The notes below the pieces were generated by a model. It did no database searches and was not told where the DNA came from. It saw only the letters and a list, made by a program, of their open reading frames with translations. Shown here in pieces: positions 21,607 through 31,296 of a DNA stretch of 64,000 nt. Made by a program: the position numbers and the translations under genes. Position 1 is the stretch's first letter, and every line of letters begins with the position of its first letter. The DNA is taken from assembly GCA_963733035.1 (NCBI GenBank), contig CAVTBU010000007.1:640001-704000 (forward strand), read 5' to 3'. This stretch comes from Pirellulales bacterium (GTDB lineage: Bacteria > Planctomycetota > Planctomycetia > Pirellulales > PALSA-1355).

Positions 21607-22443
21607 CTACGTCGCAAGGGGGCTGTCCGGCGGCGATTTCCCGGCCTGGTGGAGCTGCCACAACAGCTCGGCGGTTTGAAACGGCTTGGAAATCACGCTG
21701 GCGACTCCCGCCGCACAAGCGGCACGCACATCGTCCGGACGCGGAAAGCTCGTGATTGCCAGGATCGGTGTCCCTGGCGATTGTTCTCGTATGCGACCGA
21801 TTCGTTCGTCATCCTGTAGCGCGGCGGCGTGCGTATCCCACAGTATGGCGTGGAATCGTATCGAGGGGGCGGGAGCGGCAGCTCCGGCGACGAACGTCTG
21901 GTAACCGGCGCGGCGGCAGACTTCGCAAAGGGCACGGCTGGCGGCCGAAGTCGGAGCCCGAACGAGAATCGCGCCGGATTGATCTACGTTTCCCAACGAA
22001 AGCGAATCACCCGCCAAGAGCTGTTCTTCCGGGGTTGCCGTAAGAGGCTGCGACCAACTTGGACGGCGACCGTCCAGGGAGGCTTCGAGCTCGATGGCCA
22101 TGCGCGAGGGCCACCGGTGCCAGTAGATTGCCGGACAACCCGAGGGTGGCCGCCCGCTTCGCGATTGGCCCTCGCACCAGCTTCCCGAGAGCCGGAGCAG
22201 GCGAGCCAAGGGAGCGGCCGCGCGGAGCGTGGCGACCGCCGCTTCACTCCAGACGCCGGGCCGCCTCTCGCAGAGGACAATGAGCGAGGGTGCGTATGCC
22301 ACGGCGTCGCCGAGCACGTTAAGAGCGCGCGACAAATCGGCGACTCGGCGCGCGCCCGGCACCCAGGCGGTTAGCTCCGTGCCGTCATAACCGCTGGTCG
22401 AGCGGGGCAGTTCGCCAACGAGCAGGACGTCGTGTGGATCCAT
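21607..22443 (-). CDS. Atypical response-regulator-like protein with C-terminal receiver domain
   Basis: AILWDT...PILAITSFPRPDDVRAACAAGVASVISKPF; N-terminal GSWCEGQSRSGRP segment. Confidence 0.65.
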   Translation of the reverse strand: MDPHDVLLVGELPRSTSGYDGTELTAWVPGARRVADLSRALNVLGDAVAYAPSLIVLCERRPGVWSEAAVATLRAAAPLARLLRLSGSWCEGQSRSGRPPSGCPAIYWHRWPSRMAIELEASLDGRRPSWSQPLTATPEEQLLAGDSLSLGNVDQSGAILVRAPTSAASRALCEVCRRAGYQTFVAGAAAPAPSIRFHAILWDTHAAALQDDERIGRIREQSPGTPILAITSFPRPDDVRAACAAGVASVISKPFQTAELLWQLHQAGKSPPDSPLAT

Positions 22444-22577
22444 GAAGGTGCGGTTCCAGTCTGCGTTTTCGACTGAGATTGGCGGGCGAACCAATAACGG
22501 ATTGGCAGCCCTGGTCGCAGTGTAGCGTAGAGCGTCTTGTCGGCTAAGAGTGACGCACGTCTGTACTCCGCGGGCGC

Positions 22578-22610
22578 AAAAAAAGCCCCGCGCTGCTGCG
22601 CGGGGCTTTT
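22578..22610 (-). terminator. Rho-independent terminator of the DUF1559 gene
   Basis: AAAAAAAGCCCCGCGC-tgct-GCGCGGGGCTTTT stem-loop with a T7 tract on the minus strand. Confidence 0.85.
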
Positions 22611-22633
22611 GAGGGGCTCGCTTGGTTTAGCAA

Positions 22634-23860
22634 CTATTCCGGAAGGTCAACGACGTCGTCCGCTCTCATGGTCGACAACCGCTGGTAGGTGAGCATGTCG
22701 ATGTCGTCGCCCAAGAAGTGCACGGAGCCGTCGGCAAACAGGAAGTTGCCTCCGCCACTATGATCGCTCCTGAAGTTGGCGGTAGAGAACTGCCACATGC
22801 CGGTCGGATTTGACTTGGAGTAGCTTGAATTCAATATTTTCGGGCCTAGGGTCATGGTTGGCGAACCAGGACCAGCCGGCGGCAATATGCCATTCGCCGG
22901 TGGTATCGAAATAAAATCTTCCTGGCCCGCTCCGTTATTGGGGCTCCAGCACTGGGTCACCGGATTTTTGTTCATCGGTTCGAGCGTGCAGGCATAGATC
23001 CCCGTCTCGAAGAGGGCAATGGCACCGGTAGCCACTTGCGTAAACGCGACCTGCCCGCAAATCCAGCCGGCCCAGGGCTTGTAAGGAAGTCCATTGTTCG
23101 ATTTGGTCGTCGGAACGTAGCGATTGTTGCTAGGCGCATTCAGGCTCGTGATCGACCAGGCGGAACCGTCGGCTCCCTCACCCATGGCAATCGTGTGCGA
23201 CGTGCCGTCGGTGATCTTGCGGATCGGCGCGCCCCAGTTCACGTCAAAAATGCCACGGTAGTACTTCGTTTGGTTTCCGGGAGCTCTGCACCACGTGTCG
23301 GAAATACCCTTGCAGAGGATGTAGTTTGTCGTGCCGTACCCCTGGTTCTTTAGCTGATAGCTGGGATTGCCGCTTTTATTAACCGCGATCAGAAATACCG
23401 TCGACAATTGTATGTCTTCATGGGGATTTTCGCCGTCGGCGCTCGGACAATTAAACACGGGGATCACCGTGGCCGGAACCGTGAAGTAGTAGTAACCGCC
23501 CGACGATTTCGTAACATCCCAAACCCCGGTCTGATGCTGCCAGTCGGTCGTCTGGTTGTAAAGACTTTTGAGAGCTGCTTCCTCGAAGTAAGGCAGCATC
23601 ATCGCATAGAAGGACGAATACGTTTGATTCTGATCGAAGGTGGTACCAGTGTCGATGGCGCCAGGCGGGAACGTTTTCAGCGCGTCGTGATAGGTTTGCA
23701 TCGCGATGCCGAACTGCTTGATGTTGTTCGTGCACTTCGACCGCCGAGCGGCCTCTCGCGCGGCCTGAATGGCCGGCAGCAACAGCGCCACGAGCACGCC
23801 GATGATGGCGATCACCACCAGCAGCTCCACCAGGGTAAATCCACGTTTTCTGCCCGTCAT
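22634..23860 (-). CDS. DUF1559 prepilin-type protein (H-X9-DG)
   Basis: MTGRKRGFTLVELLVVIAIIGVLVALLLPAIQAAREAARRSKCTNN; FRSDHSGGGNFLFADGSV. Confidence 0.93.
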   Translation of the reverse strand: MTGRKRGFTLVELLVVIAIIGVLVALLLPAIQAAREAARRSKCTNNIKQFGIAMQTYHDALKTFPPGAIDTGTTFDQNQTYSSFYAMMLPYFEEAALKSLYNQTTDWQHQTGVWDVTKSSGGYYYFTVPATVIPVFNCPSADGENPHEDIQLSTVFLIAVNKSGNPSYQLKNQGYGTTNYILCKGISDTWCRAPGNQTKYYRGIFDVNWGAPIRKITDGTSHTIAMGEGADGSAWSITSLNAPSNNRYVPTTKSNNGLPYKPWAGWICGQVAFTQVATGAIALFETGIYACTLEPMNKNPVTQCWSPNNGAGQEDFISIPPANGILPPAGPGSPTMTLGPKILNSSYSKSNPTGMWQFSTANFRSDHSGGGNFLFADGSVHFLGDDIDMLTYQRLSTMRADDVVDLPE

Positions 23861-24108
23861 AACCTGCACCCCCTTGTCATGGATGGGACACCACGCGTCG
23901 ATCGCAGCCGTGGTCACTAAAAGATAATAAGAGAATTGCCGGCGCCGACACTCCTGGCCAGCGCCCGAACCCTAGTATCTGCTTTTACGCTTCCTTTGTC
24001 AAAGGATTTCCCCAGGATTCGAACCAACCCAATTCAGCCCCGCCAGTAGGCCCCCGGCAACGTGCCGGCATCAGGGGGCCGCGGGCGCGGCGAGCGCAGA
24101 TTAGCTCG

Positions 24109-24813
24109 TCAAATCAGGCCCCTTTCGCACTCCAGCAGCGCTTCACGAACGGCCGCCGCATCACTGGCCGACCGCAGTTGGTCGATCAAACCGGGGTCCG
24201 AGAGCAACCGGCTGAGCCTTGCCAATACGCGCAAATGTCCGCGGTCGTCGACCGACAGGATAAGAAAAAAAAGATCGGTCAGTGCTCGGCCTCCGAACGG
24301 AATGCCCGTGGCCGTGCGGCCAAAGGCGACGAACGGCTGCGCGAGAATGCTGGCCAGCGGGCGGCGGGGATGCAGCAGCGCCACTCCGCCGTCGAGCGCC
24401 GTGGGGAGCATATCCTCGCGGGCACGCACCGCCTCGGCCAGCTTGGCCGTATCCCACAGCCAGCCGGTCCGCGCGGCCACGTCGACCAGCGAGGTGATGA
24501 CGCTGCCGCGGGTCCGCGCGGGCAGCGGCACGGCAATCGCCTCGAGCGGCAGTAGGTCGGCAAACGAGATGGCCGCCTCGCCGGCCGCGGTGGCGGCCTT
24601 GTCGAGCACCCCTTCCATCTGCACGAGCTCGGCGTCGGTCGAGAGGCCGATCTGCTCTTCCAGCCAATGATGAATCTCGGGCTGCGCGAATCGCCACTGC
24701 CCGGCCACCTTGCGGCCCGGCAACTTTCCCCGCTCGACCAGCTTGAGCACCTGCGCCGGATCGAGGTGCAAATAAGCCGCCAGGCTCTCAATACCAAAGT
24801 CGTCGTCAGACAT
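24109..24813 (-). CDS. Excisionase-type HTH fused to a PTS EIIA(Ntr/Fru) domain
   Basis: LAAYLHL...GKLPGRKVAGQWRF; REDMLPTALDGGVALLHPR (phospho-His); HLRVLARLSR. Confidence 0.88.
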   Translation of the reverse strand: MSDDDFGIESLAAYLHLDPAQVLKLVERGKLPGRKVAGQWRFAQPEIHHWLEEQIGLSTDAELVQMEGVLDKAATAAGEAAISFADLLPLEAIAVPLPARTRGSVITSLVDVAARTGWLWDTAKLAEAVRAREDMLPTALDGGVALLHPRRPLASILAQPFVAFGRTATGIPFGGRALTDLFFLILSVDDRGHLRVLARLSRLLSDPGLIDQLRSASDAAAVREALLECERGLI

Positions 24814-25145
24814 GGAAACAATTTCGCCGCTGATGAGGGTGTCGTGCAGTCGCCAGCTCCGGCTGGCATCCTGTCGAGCATGATTCGCAACCAATGAACA
24901 ATCCACCCATACTCTAACCTTTGTCGTGGCGGCCGCCATCAAAAACCGGACGTTCTTGCCAGGTGATCCGGACCGTGCACGGCAATCGGGGGTATCACCG
25001 CTGGGCAGGCCCGAGGTTGTACCCGAAGCGCGCCGACTTCGCGGCTCCCCGTTCCTCGGCCGCGTGGCACTCCACTGCGAGAGTCACTCCAATTTCGAGG
25101 TCGTAGTGAGCGCGAACGTGTCCGGACGTCGCTGCTTTTTTCCGT

Positions 25146-25650
25146 CTTTGTGTCCTTGGTGCCTTGGTGGTTGATTCTTCTGTCGCAGTTGCGAAACCGG
25201 GGATTCACCACGAAGGCACGAAGACACAAAGGAGCGGAGAACAGGAAGCTTGGCTTGCTTGGTGAACTCCGCGGCCGATTCGGTTGCTTGTTGGAGATCG
25301 AGGGACGCGCGACTGGCTTTTGCTTTTGGTGCTTTGTGTTCTTGGTGCCTTTGTGGTTGATTCTTGCGTTGTCGTTCCGAAACCGGGGATTCACCACAAA
25401 GGCACGAAGACACAAAGGAGTGGAGAACAGGAGGCATGGCTTGGTCGGTGAACTCCGCGGCCGATTCGGTTGCTTGTTGAAGGCCCGACAAGGCCGTGCT
25501 TGGTACCGTTCCGAAATTGGTCCTTATCACTGGCATTGAACTCGACTGGTTTTTGCTTTTCCTTCTTTGTGTTCTTGGTGCCTTGGTGGTTGATTCTTCT
25601 TTCGTAGAGTCCAAGCAAGGGATTCGCCACCAAGACACGAAGGCACAAAG
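25146..25650. repeat. Array of three 86-bp imperfect hairpin units (REP/BIME-like)
   Basis: Units 25146-25231, 25332-25417 and 25565-25650: CTTTGTGTyCTTGGTGCCTTkGTGGTTGA, 29-nt loop, TTCrCCACvAAGrCACGAAGrCACAAAG. The inter-unit spacers are also homologous. Confidence 0.9.
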
Positions 25651-26505
25651 TGAGGAGGCAAGGGATACGGGCGCGGAGCAAGCGCGCAGCGGCGCGCTGG
25701 CGAAGCAATAAAAATGGTGCCGCTGGCCCGGTTGAGCCGGGATTGGACTCTGAAACGCTTGTTAAGGGTTAGTTGACCACTCCTCGACCATCGACCGAGA
25801 ACAGCGGCACGCGGAACGGCCACCCGTTTTTGCTCAGGCGGTCGTTTCCAACCGTACGCCGTTCCCGCCGATCGGGACCCGCCTGAGACTTGGGCAAAGC
25901 TCCCGCGGCACGACCTCCCACACCGAGCGCTATCTGCAGCTAGCGCGAGTGATCGGAGGAGCATGGGTCGAGGACATAAGCGGCCGCGAAACGTTGTTCA
26001 CGGAAATCACGTGCCGCTTGCGCCGGGGCTCAGACAAGCCGATCCTACGCCCCGGGATTAACGTCCCCACTTGGCCACGCAGGCCACCGGACTGCTCGCG
26101 ATTGTGCACCAGGTGCTGGCCCGAATTCAAGCGAGCAATTTCCGCGGACGAAAATCAGGCGGCAATTTCCAGATCTCGAGGTGGGACACAGACCAACAGC
26201 AGATCGAAGCAAGCAAGGGCGCAATGGAGGCGACAACCCTGGGTATTTCCTGCGGATCCACTCCAGAACGAGGTGCGCATCGCCGCTATCCAGTCCACCT
26301 TGCGGCCGAAGACGATCTTGGAACGGAATGCCCCCCGGGATGATCTCTATCGCGGTCCGGGGCAGGTGAGAAACCAGTCGAACCAAGCGATGTGCAGGGG
26401 CAATTCAACGCGTGCAAGCGTCATGCGTGTCGAGCAACAGTGATTGGTCTGCTAGCGTGCTTCGTTCCAGAACATCCGCGCTCCGCCCTCCTAGATAAAC
26501 CCGCC

Positions 26506-26533
26506 TTGACAGGTCTCGGGAAATCGCCAGAAT
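26506..26533 (+). promoter_or_regulatory. Putative sigma70 promoter of the mur cluster
   Basis: TTGACA-16 nt-CAGAAT about 150 nt upstream of murE. Confidence 0.4.
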
Positions 26534-26680
26534 CCCGCCACGCTGTTTTCTGAAACGGGTGGTTCTGGTGGGAGGTCTTCCCGCGGAACGCTTTATTAAA
26601 TAGAGATGCGCCGGGCAGGCTGGTGAGGCCGCCGAAGCGCGTCTTGGTGGCAACGGCTTTGGCACGGAGGCCAGGCTCTC

Positions 26681-28192
26681 ATGTCGCGGTTGGGTTCGTC
26701 GAGCGAGCCACTGAGCTTGCGCGAGATGCTTTCCGGGGCCGTCATCGACGGTTCAGGTGAGCTGCGCGTGACGGGCTGTTCGTGCGATTCGCGCGCCTGC
26801 CACCCCGGCGATGCCTTCGTTGCCATCCGTGGCACACACGTCGACGGCCACGACCATCTTGCCGAGGCCGTGGCCCGCGGCGCGACGGCTGTCGTTGCCG
26901 AGAGGCCGGTGAAGGCCGCCGTGCCGGTGTACGTGGTGCCGGACTCGCGGCAGGCGCTGGGTGCGCTGTGCCAGGCGATTGCCGGACATCCGAGCCGCAA
27001 GTTGCGCACGATCGGAGTGACGGGCACCAACGGCAAGACCACCACCACGCACCTGGTCGCCAGCGTGCTGGAAGCCGCCGGCTATGGCGCGGGGCTGCTG
27101 GGGACGCTCAAATGCTTTGACGGATTGGAGACGACGCCCGCGGAGTTGACCACGCCGACTGCGCCGGAGATTGCCGCCTGGATGCGGCGGATGGTCGAAA
27201 ACGGCTGCTCGCACGCCGTGCTGGAGATTTCCAGCCATGCGATTGCCCAGCGGCGGATCGCCGGCATCGAACTGGCCGCGGCGTGCCTGACGAACTTGCG
27301 TCGCGATCACCTCGACTACCACCCAACGCTCGTCCACTACCACCAGACCAAGAGCCGGATCTTCGAAGCGCTAGGGCCAGCCGGCCTGGCGGTCGTCAAC
27401 GCCGACGATCCGGCAAGCCGCGAGTACGCCCCGCTGGTTCCAGGCGGCGTATTGACGGTGGGCATGCATTCGATGGCCAACGTGACGGCCCAATTGCTCG
27501 ATCGATCGAAGAGCGAACAAACATTTTTGCTGACGGCCGGCGACATGACCGCGGCCGTGCGGACCGCGATGATCGGTGACCACCACGTGCACAATTGCCT
27601 GATTGCCGCGGCCGTGGGCCTGGCCGAGGGGATCGACCTGCCGACGATTGTCCGCGGACTGGAAAACGTCAGCCGCGTGCCGGGCCGGCTCGAGCGGATC
27701 GAATGCGGACAGCCGTTTGGCGTCTATGTTGACTACGCCCACACGCCCGATGCCCTGGAGACGGCGCTGGAGACGATTCGCGCGGTCGCGGCTGGGCGAT
27801 TGATTTGCGTGTTTGGCGCCGGTGGCAATCGCGACGTGGTCAAGCGGCCCTTGATGGGACGCGCCGTCGAGCAGCGTGCCGACGTGGCCGTTGTGACCAC
27901 CGACAACCCACGGCACGAGGATCCCGGTTCGATTGCGTCCGACATCCTCGCCGGCTGTCAGCGGCGCGAGGCGGTGCGTTACGTGCCCGATCGGTCGGAA
28001 GCGATTCGGTATGCCCTGTCGCTGGCCGGTCCGGATGATTGCGTGCTGATCGCAGGCCGCGGACACGAAGCCTTTCAGATCGTGGGCGAGCGGCGGCTCG
28101 CGCTCGACGACCGCGAAGTGGCGCGGCGGTACTTGTACAACCTGGAGCCCGCATCGCCGTATGGCGCGCTGGCCAGCGTATCGAACTCATAA
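26681..28192 (+). CDS. murE: UDP-MurNAc-dipeptide:meso-DAP ligase
   Basis: GVTGTNGKTTT, TTP, EISSH, DHLDYH, DYAHTPD, DAP-specific DNPR. Confidence 0.95.
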   Translation: MSRLGSSSEPLSLREMLSGAVIDGSGELRVTGCSCDSRACHPGDAFVAIRGTHVDGHDHLAEAVARGATAVVAERPVKAAVPVYVVPDSRQALGALCQAIAGHPSRKLRTIGVTGTNGKTTTTHLVASVLEAAGYGAGLLGTLKCFDGLETTPAELTTPTAPEIAAWMRRMVENGCSHAVLEISSHAIAQRRIAGIELAAACLTNLRRDHLDYHPTLVHYHQTKSRIFEALGPAGLAVVNADDPASREYAPLVPGGVLTVGMHSMANVTAQLLDRSKSEQTFLLTAGDMTAAVRTAMIGDHHVHNCLIAAAVGLAEGIDLPTIVRGLENVSRVPGRLERIECGQPFGVYVDYAHTPDALETALETIRAVAAGRLICVFGAGGNRDVVKRPLMGRAVEQRADVAVVTTDNPRHEDPGSIASDILAGCQRREAVRYVPDRSEAIRYALSLAGPDDCVLIAGRGHEAFQIVGERRLALDDREVARRYLYNLEPASPYGALASVSNS

Positions 28193-28253
28193 AGCTGGAA
28201 GATAGACGTCAAACCGGTGCGGGCGAAGCAGGCCCGGCCAGCAGGTGAAGTGC

Positions 28254-29656
28254 ATGGTGGATGTAACCGTCAAGCAATTGCATGAAATCGTGGGTGGTCG
28301 CTTGCGGCTGGCGACGCTTGCACCACGTCATGGCGAAATGGCGCGCGTGGGCCGAGTCGTCACCGACAGCCGGCAGGTACAGCATGGCGATGTCTTCTGG
28401 GGGCTGCCGGGAAGTCAGTTCGACGGAGCCCAATTTGTCGGCGATGGGTTCGCTCGCGGCGCCGAAGGCGTGGTCGTGGGTCAGAAATACGTTCAACCGG
28501 CGCCAGGATGCTGGAGCCTGGAAGTCGATGACGCGCGGCAGTCGCTGGTGAAGCTGGCCTGCTGGAACCGAGGCCGCTCGAGTGGCCGCGTGGTGGCGGT
28601 GACCGGCAGCGTCGGCAAGACAACGACCCGGCAGATGATTCGAGCCGTACTCGAACAACAATTTTGCGGCATCGGCAGCCCGAAGAACTACAACAACCAC
28701 GTGGGCGTACCGCTCTCGATGCTGGCGATGGAACCGCGGCATGATTTTGCCGTGTTGGAATTGGCCGCCAGCGCTGCCGGCGAAATTGGCTGTTTGGCGG
28801 AACTGTGCCGGCCGCAGGTCGGTGTGATCACGCGGATTGGCGACGCGCACCTGGGCGGCTTTGGTTCGCTCGACGCAGTCGCGGCCGCCAAGGCCGAACT
28901 ACTCGCGACCCTGCCAAGCGACGGCTACGCCGTGCTGGCCGGCGACGACGCGCGACTGCGAAGACTCGCGTCGGGCTGCCGGGCGAAGGTCGTGTGGTTT
29001 GGCCGATCGCTCGAGAATGATCTGGTTGCAACCAACGTCGAGAGTCGCGACGGCCGGCTGAGTTTCGACGTCGACGGCACGCACATGTCGGTGGCCGTTT
29101 GGGGCCGCCATCACTTGTGTAGCGCACTGGCCGCCGTGGCCGTCGGCCGGATCTTTGGCATGCGCGACGTGGAGATCAGTCGCGGGCTATGCGATTTCGA
29201 GCCACCTCCGATGCGGTGTCAGATTTTCAAAGTCGGCGGCGCCACGATCATCGACGACTCGTACAACGCCAGCCCCGTTGCGATGCGGGCCGCGCTGGAA
29301 CTGCTGCGCAACATCAACGCGCCGGGCCGCCGGATCGTCGTTTGCGGCGACATGCGTGAACTCGGCGAAGCGGCCGGTCGCTTGCACCGGCACCTGGGCG
29401 ACCAGGTGGTGACGGTGTGCGGAGCCGACATGTTGTTAGCCTGCGGGAAGTATCGCGACGAAGTAGTCGACGGCGCGCGGACCGCTGGCATGCCAATGTC
29501 GCGGGCCGTGGCCGTGACCGACGTGGAACAACTGATGGTGCACTGTCAGGACGTCGTGCAGCCGGGAGACGTACTTCTGATCAAGGGATCGCGCGCCTGG
29601 CGATGGAACGGCTCGTCGAGCTGCTGGCACGGCGCGAAGTGAGTTGCGTGGCCTAG
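28254..29656 (+). CDS. murF: UDP-MurNAc-tripeptide:D-Ala-D-Ala ligase (indel near 29596)
   Basis: TGSVGKTTT, NYNNHVGVPLS, DDSYNASP, GDMRELG, KGSR(A)-LAMERLV after the frame change. Confidence 0.93.
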
Positions 29657-30018
29657 CGGTGTGACGAACAAAGGAACAATCAACCCGATACATTTGTGAG
29701 CTCCATCGAAGGTGTAGAGTTTGCGGGAACTCGACACTACCCTCCCTCCTGGGTAGGAGCATTGGCTCGCTGGATCACGCGGTTACTGGGTCGACCGCGC
29801 CGGTGAGTGCTTCGCGATGGAACTCAAGCACTGAGCGTCGGGGCGGCGGTAAAACGCCGCTCCGACGGCTCAGGGAACACGCCGAGGCCGAGTGAAATCG
29901 GCTGCCGGCACAAAGTTTTAAGACGCCGGCCACGGGCGGGGCCGGCGCACTTGCCCCAAGAGCGCCAGCCCCTCACGCGACACCGCCACATTTCACTGGT
30001 TCATTCGAGCAGTTGTCC

Positions 30019-31215
30019 ATGTTTGTCTTGCTGGCTCAGCGTTTGTCTGCTGCCTGGCCGGGACTTCTCGGGCCTGTTCCGCCGGGTGAACACAACCTCG
30101 GCTTATCAACGCGCGCCGTGCTGGCGGCCGTCGCGAGCTTTCTGTTGGCAATGCTTTGCGCCCGCGCTGCATTGCCTGGCTGCGGGTCCGCTATCGCGAA
30201 CCGGTCAAGACGGCGTCGGCCGAGGTGGCCCGCCTGCACGCGAAAAAACAAAACACGCCCACGATGGGCGGCGTGTTCTTGACGGGGTTGGTGGTTGCCG
30301 TGGCACTCGCGTTCGGCGATCGCGACAATGCGTATTTGCGAATCACGCTAGTCACCGCCGCCGCGCTTTGCGGGCTGGGGACGATCGACGATTGGATCAA
30401 GTTGCGCACCGCGCAACGGGGACTTTCCGCCCGAAGCAAGCTGGCAGCGCAAGCCGTCATCGCAATCGCCGCGACCACACTTATCTACTCGGTGCATCTG
30501 CACGTTCCGGACGCGACGAAACTGAACCTGCCTTGGGTGGGTAGCTTTGAAATGGGGTGCTGGTTCGTGCCGTGGGCGGCGCTCGTTGTTATCGCTTCGT
30601 CGAACGCCGTGAATCTGACGGACGGGCTCGACGGTCTGGCGGGCGGATGTCTGGTTTGGTCGGCCGCGGCATTGAGTTTGGTTGCCTTCATTGCCGGGCG
30701 GGCGGACTTGGCCGCGGCGCTGGGCGCCGTACGTTCCTGGTACGGGAGAGATGGTCGTCGTTTGCGCGGCTTTCGGTGGCGGTGTCCTGGCGTTCCTCTG
30801 GTTCAATTGTCATCCGGCATCCGTATTCATGGGAGACGCAGGGTCGCTGCCGCTCGGCGGGGTGTTGGGGCTCGTCGCCGTCATCACGCGGCAAGAGTTG
30901 TTGCTCGTCGTGATCGGCGGTGTATTTGTCGTCGAAGCATTGAGTGTGATCATACAGGTCGGGTCGTATCGATGGATGCGTCGACGCGTGTTCTTGTGCG
31001 CGCCACTGCATCACCACTTTCAATTGCGAGGTTGGCCCGAGGACAAGATCGTGGTGCGGTTCTGGATTGCGGCCGGCTTATGCGCCGTGGCCGGCCTGGC
31101 GACGCTCGCAACGGGGGCGACCGGGTTTGCCCGACCCGGACAATCGGCATTTTTGCCTTCCGAGGGGGCCAGGGCGTTGAACCAAGAACCGCCAACTTTC
31201 GCCGAACTATTTTGA
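30019..31215 (+). CDS. mraY: Phospho-MurNAc-pentapeptide transferase (indels near 30162 and 30727)
   Basis: [48 protein letters not shown] spread over three frames. Confidence 0.92.
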
Positions 31216-31296
31216 AGAGGATCGTGTCCTAGTAGCATTCACCGCCCGAGCCGCATCGGACGACTCGCGCGGCGGATTGAATCTTGGACCAGTGTC

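Noticed and set aside
25146..25650. CRISPR array interpretation of the repeats
   Set aside because: The arms alternate in orientation, the spacers are homologous to each other, the period is 186/233 nt, and no cas genes are present.
24939..25708. ORFs across the repeat array (e.g. 25084-25638 minus, 25150-25539 plus)
   Set aside because: Their peptide repeats are just translations of the DNA hairpins; there is no RBS and no recognisable domain.
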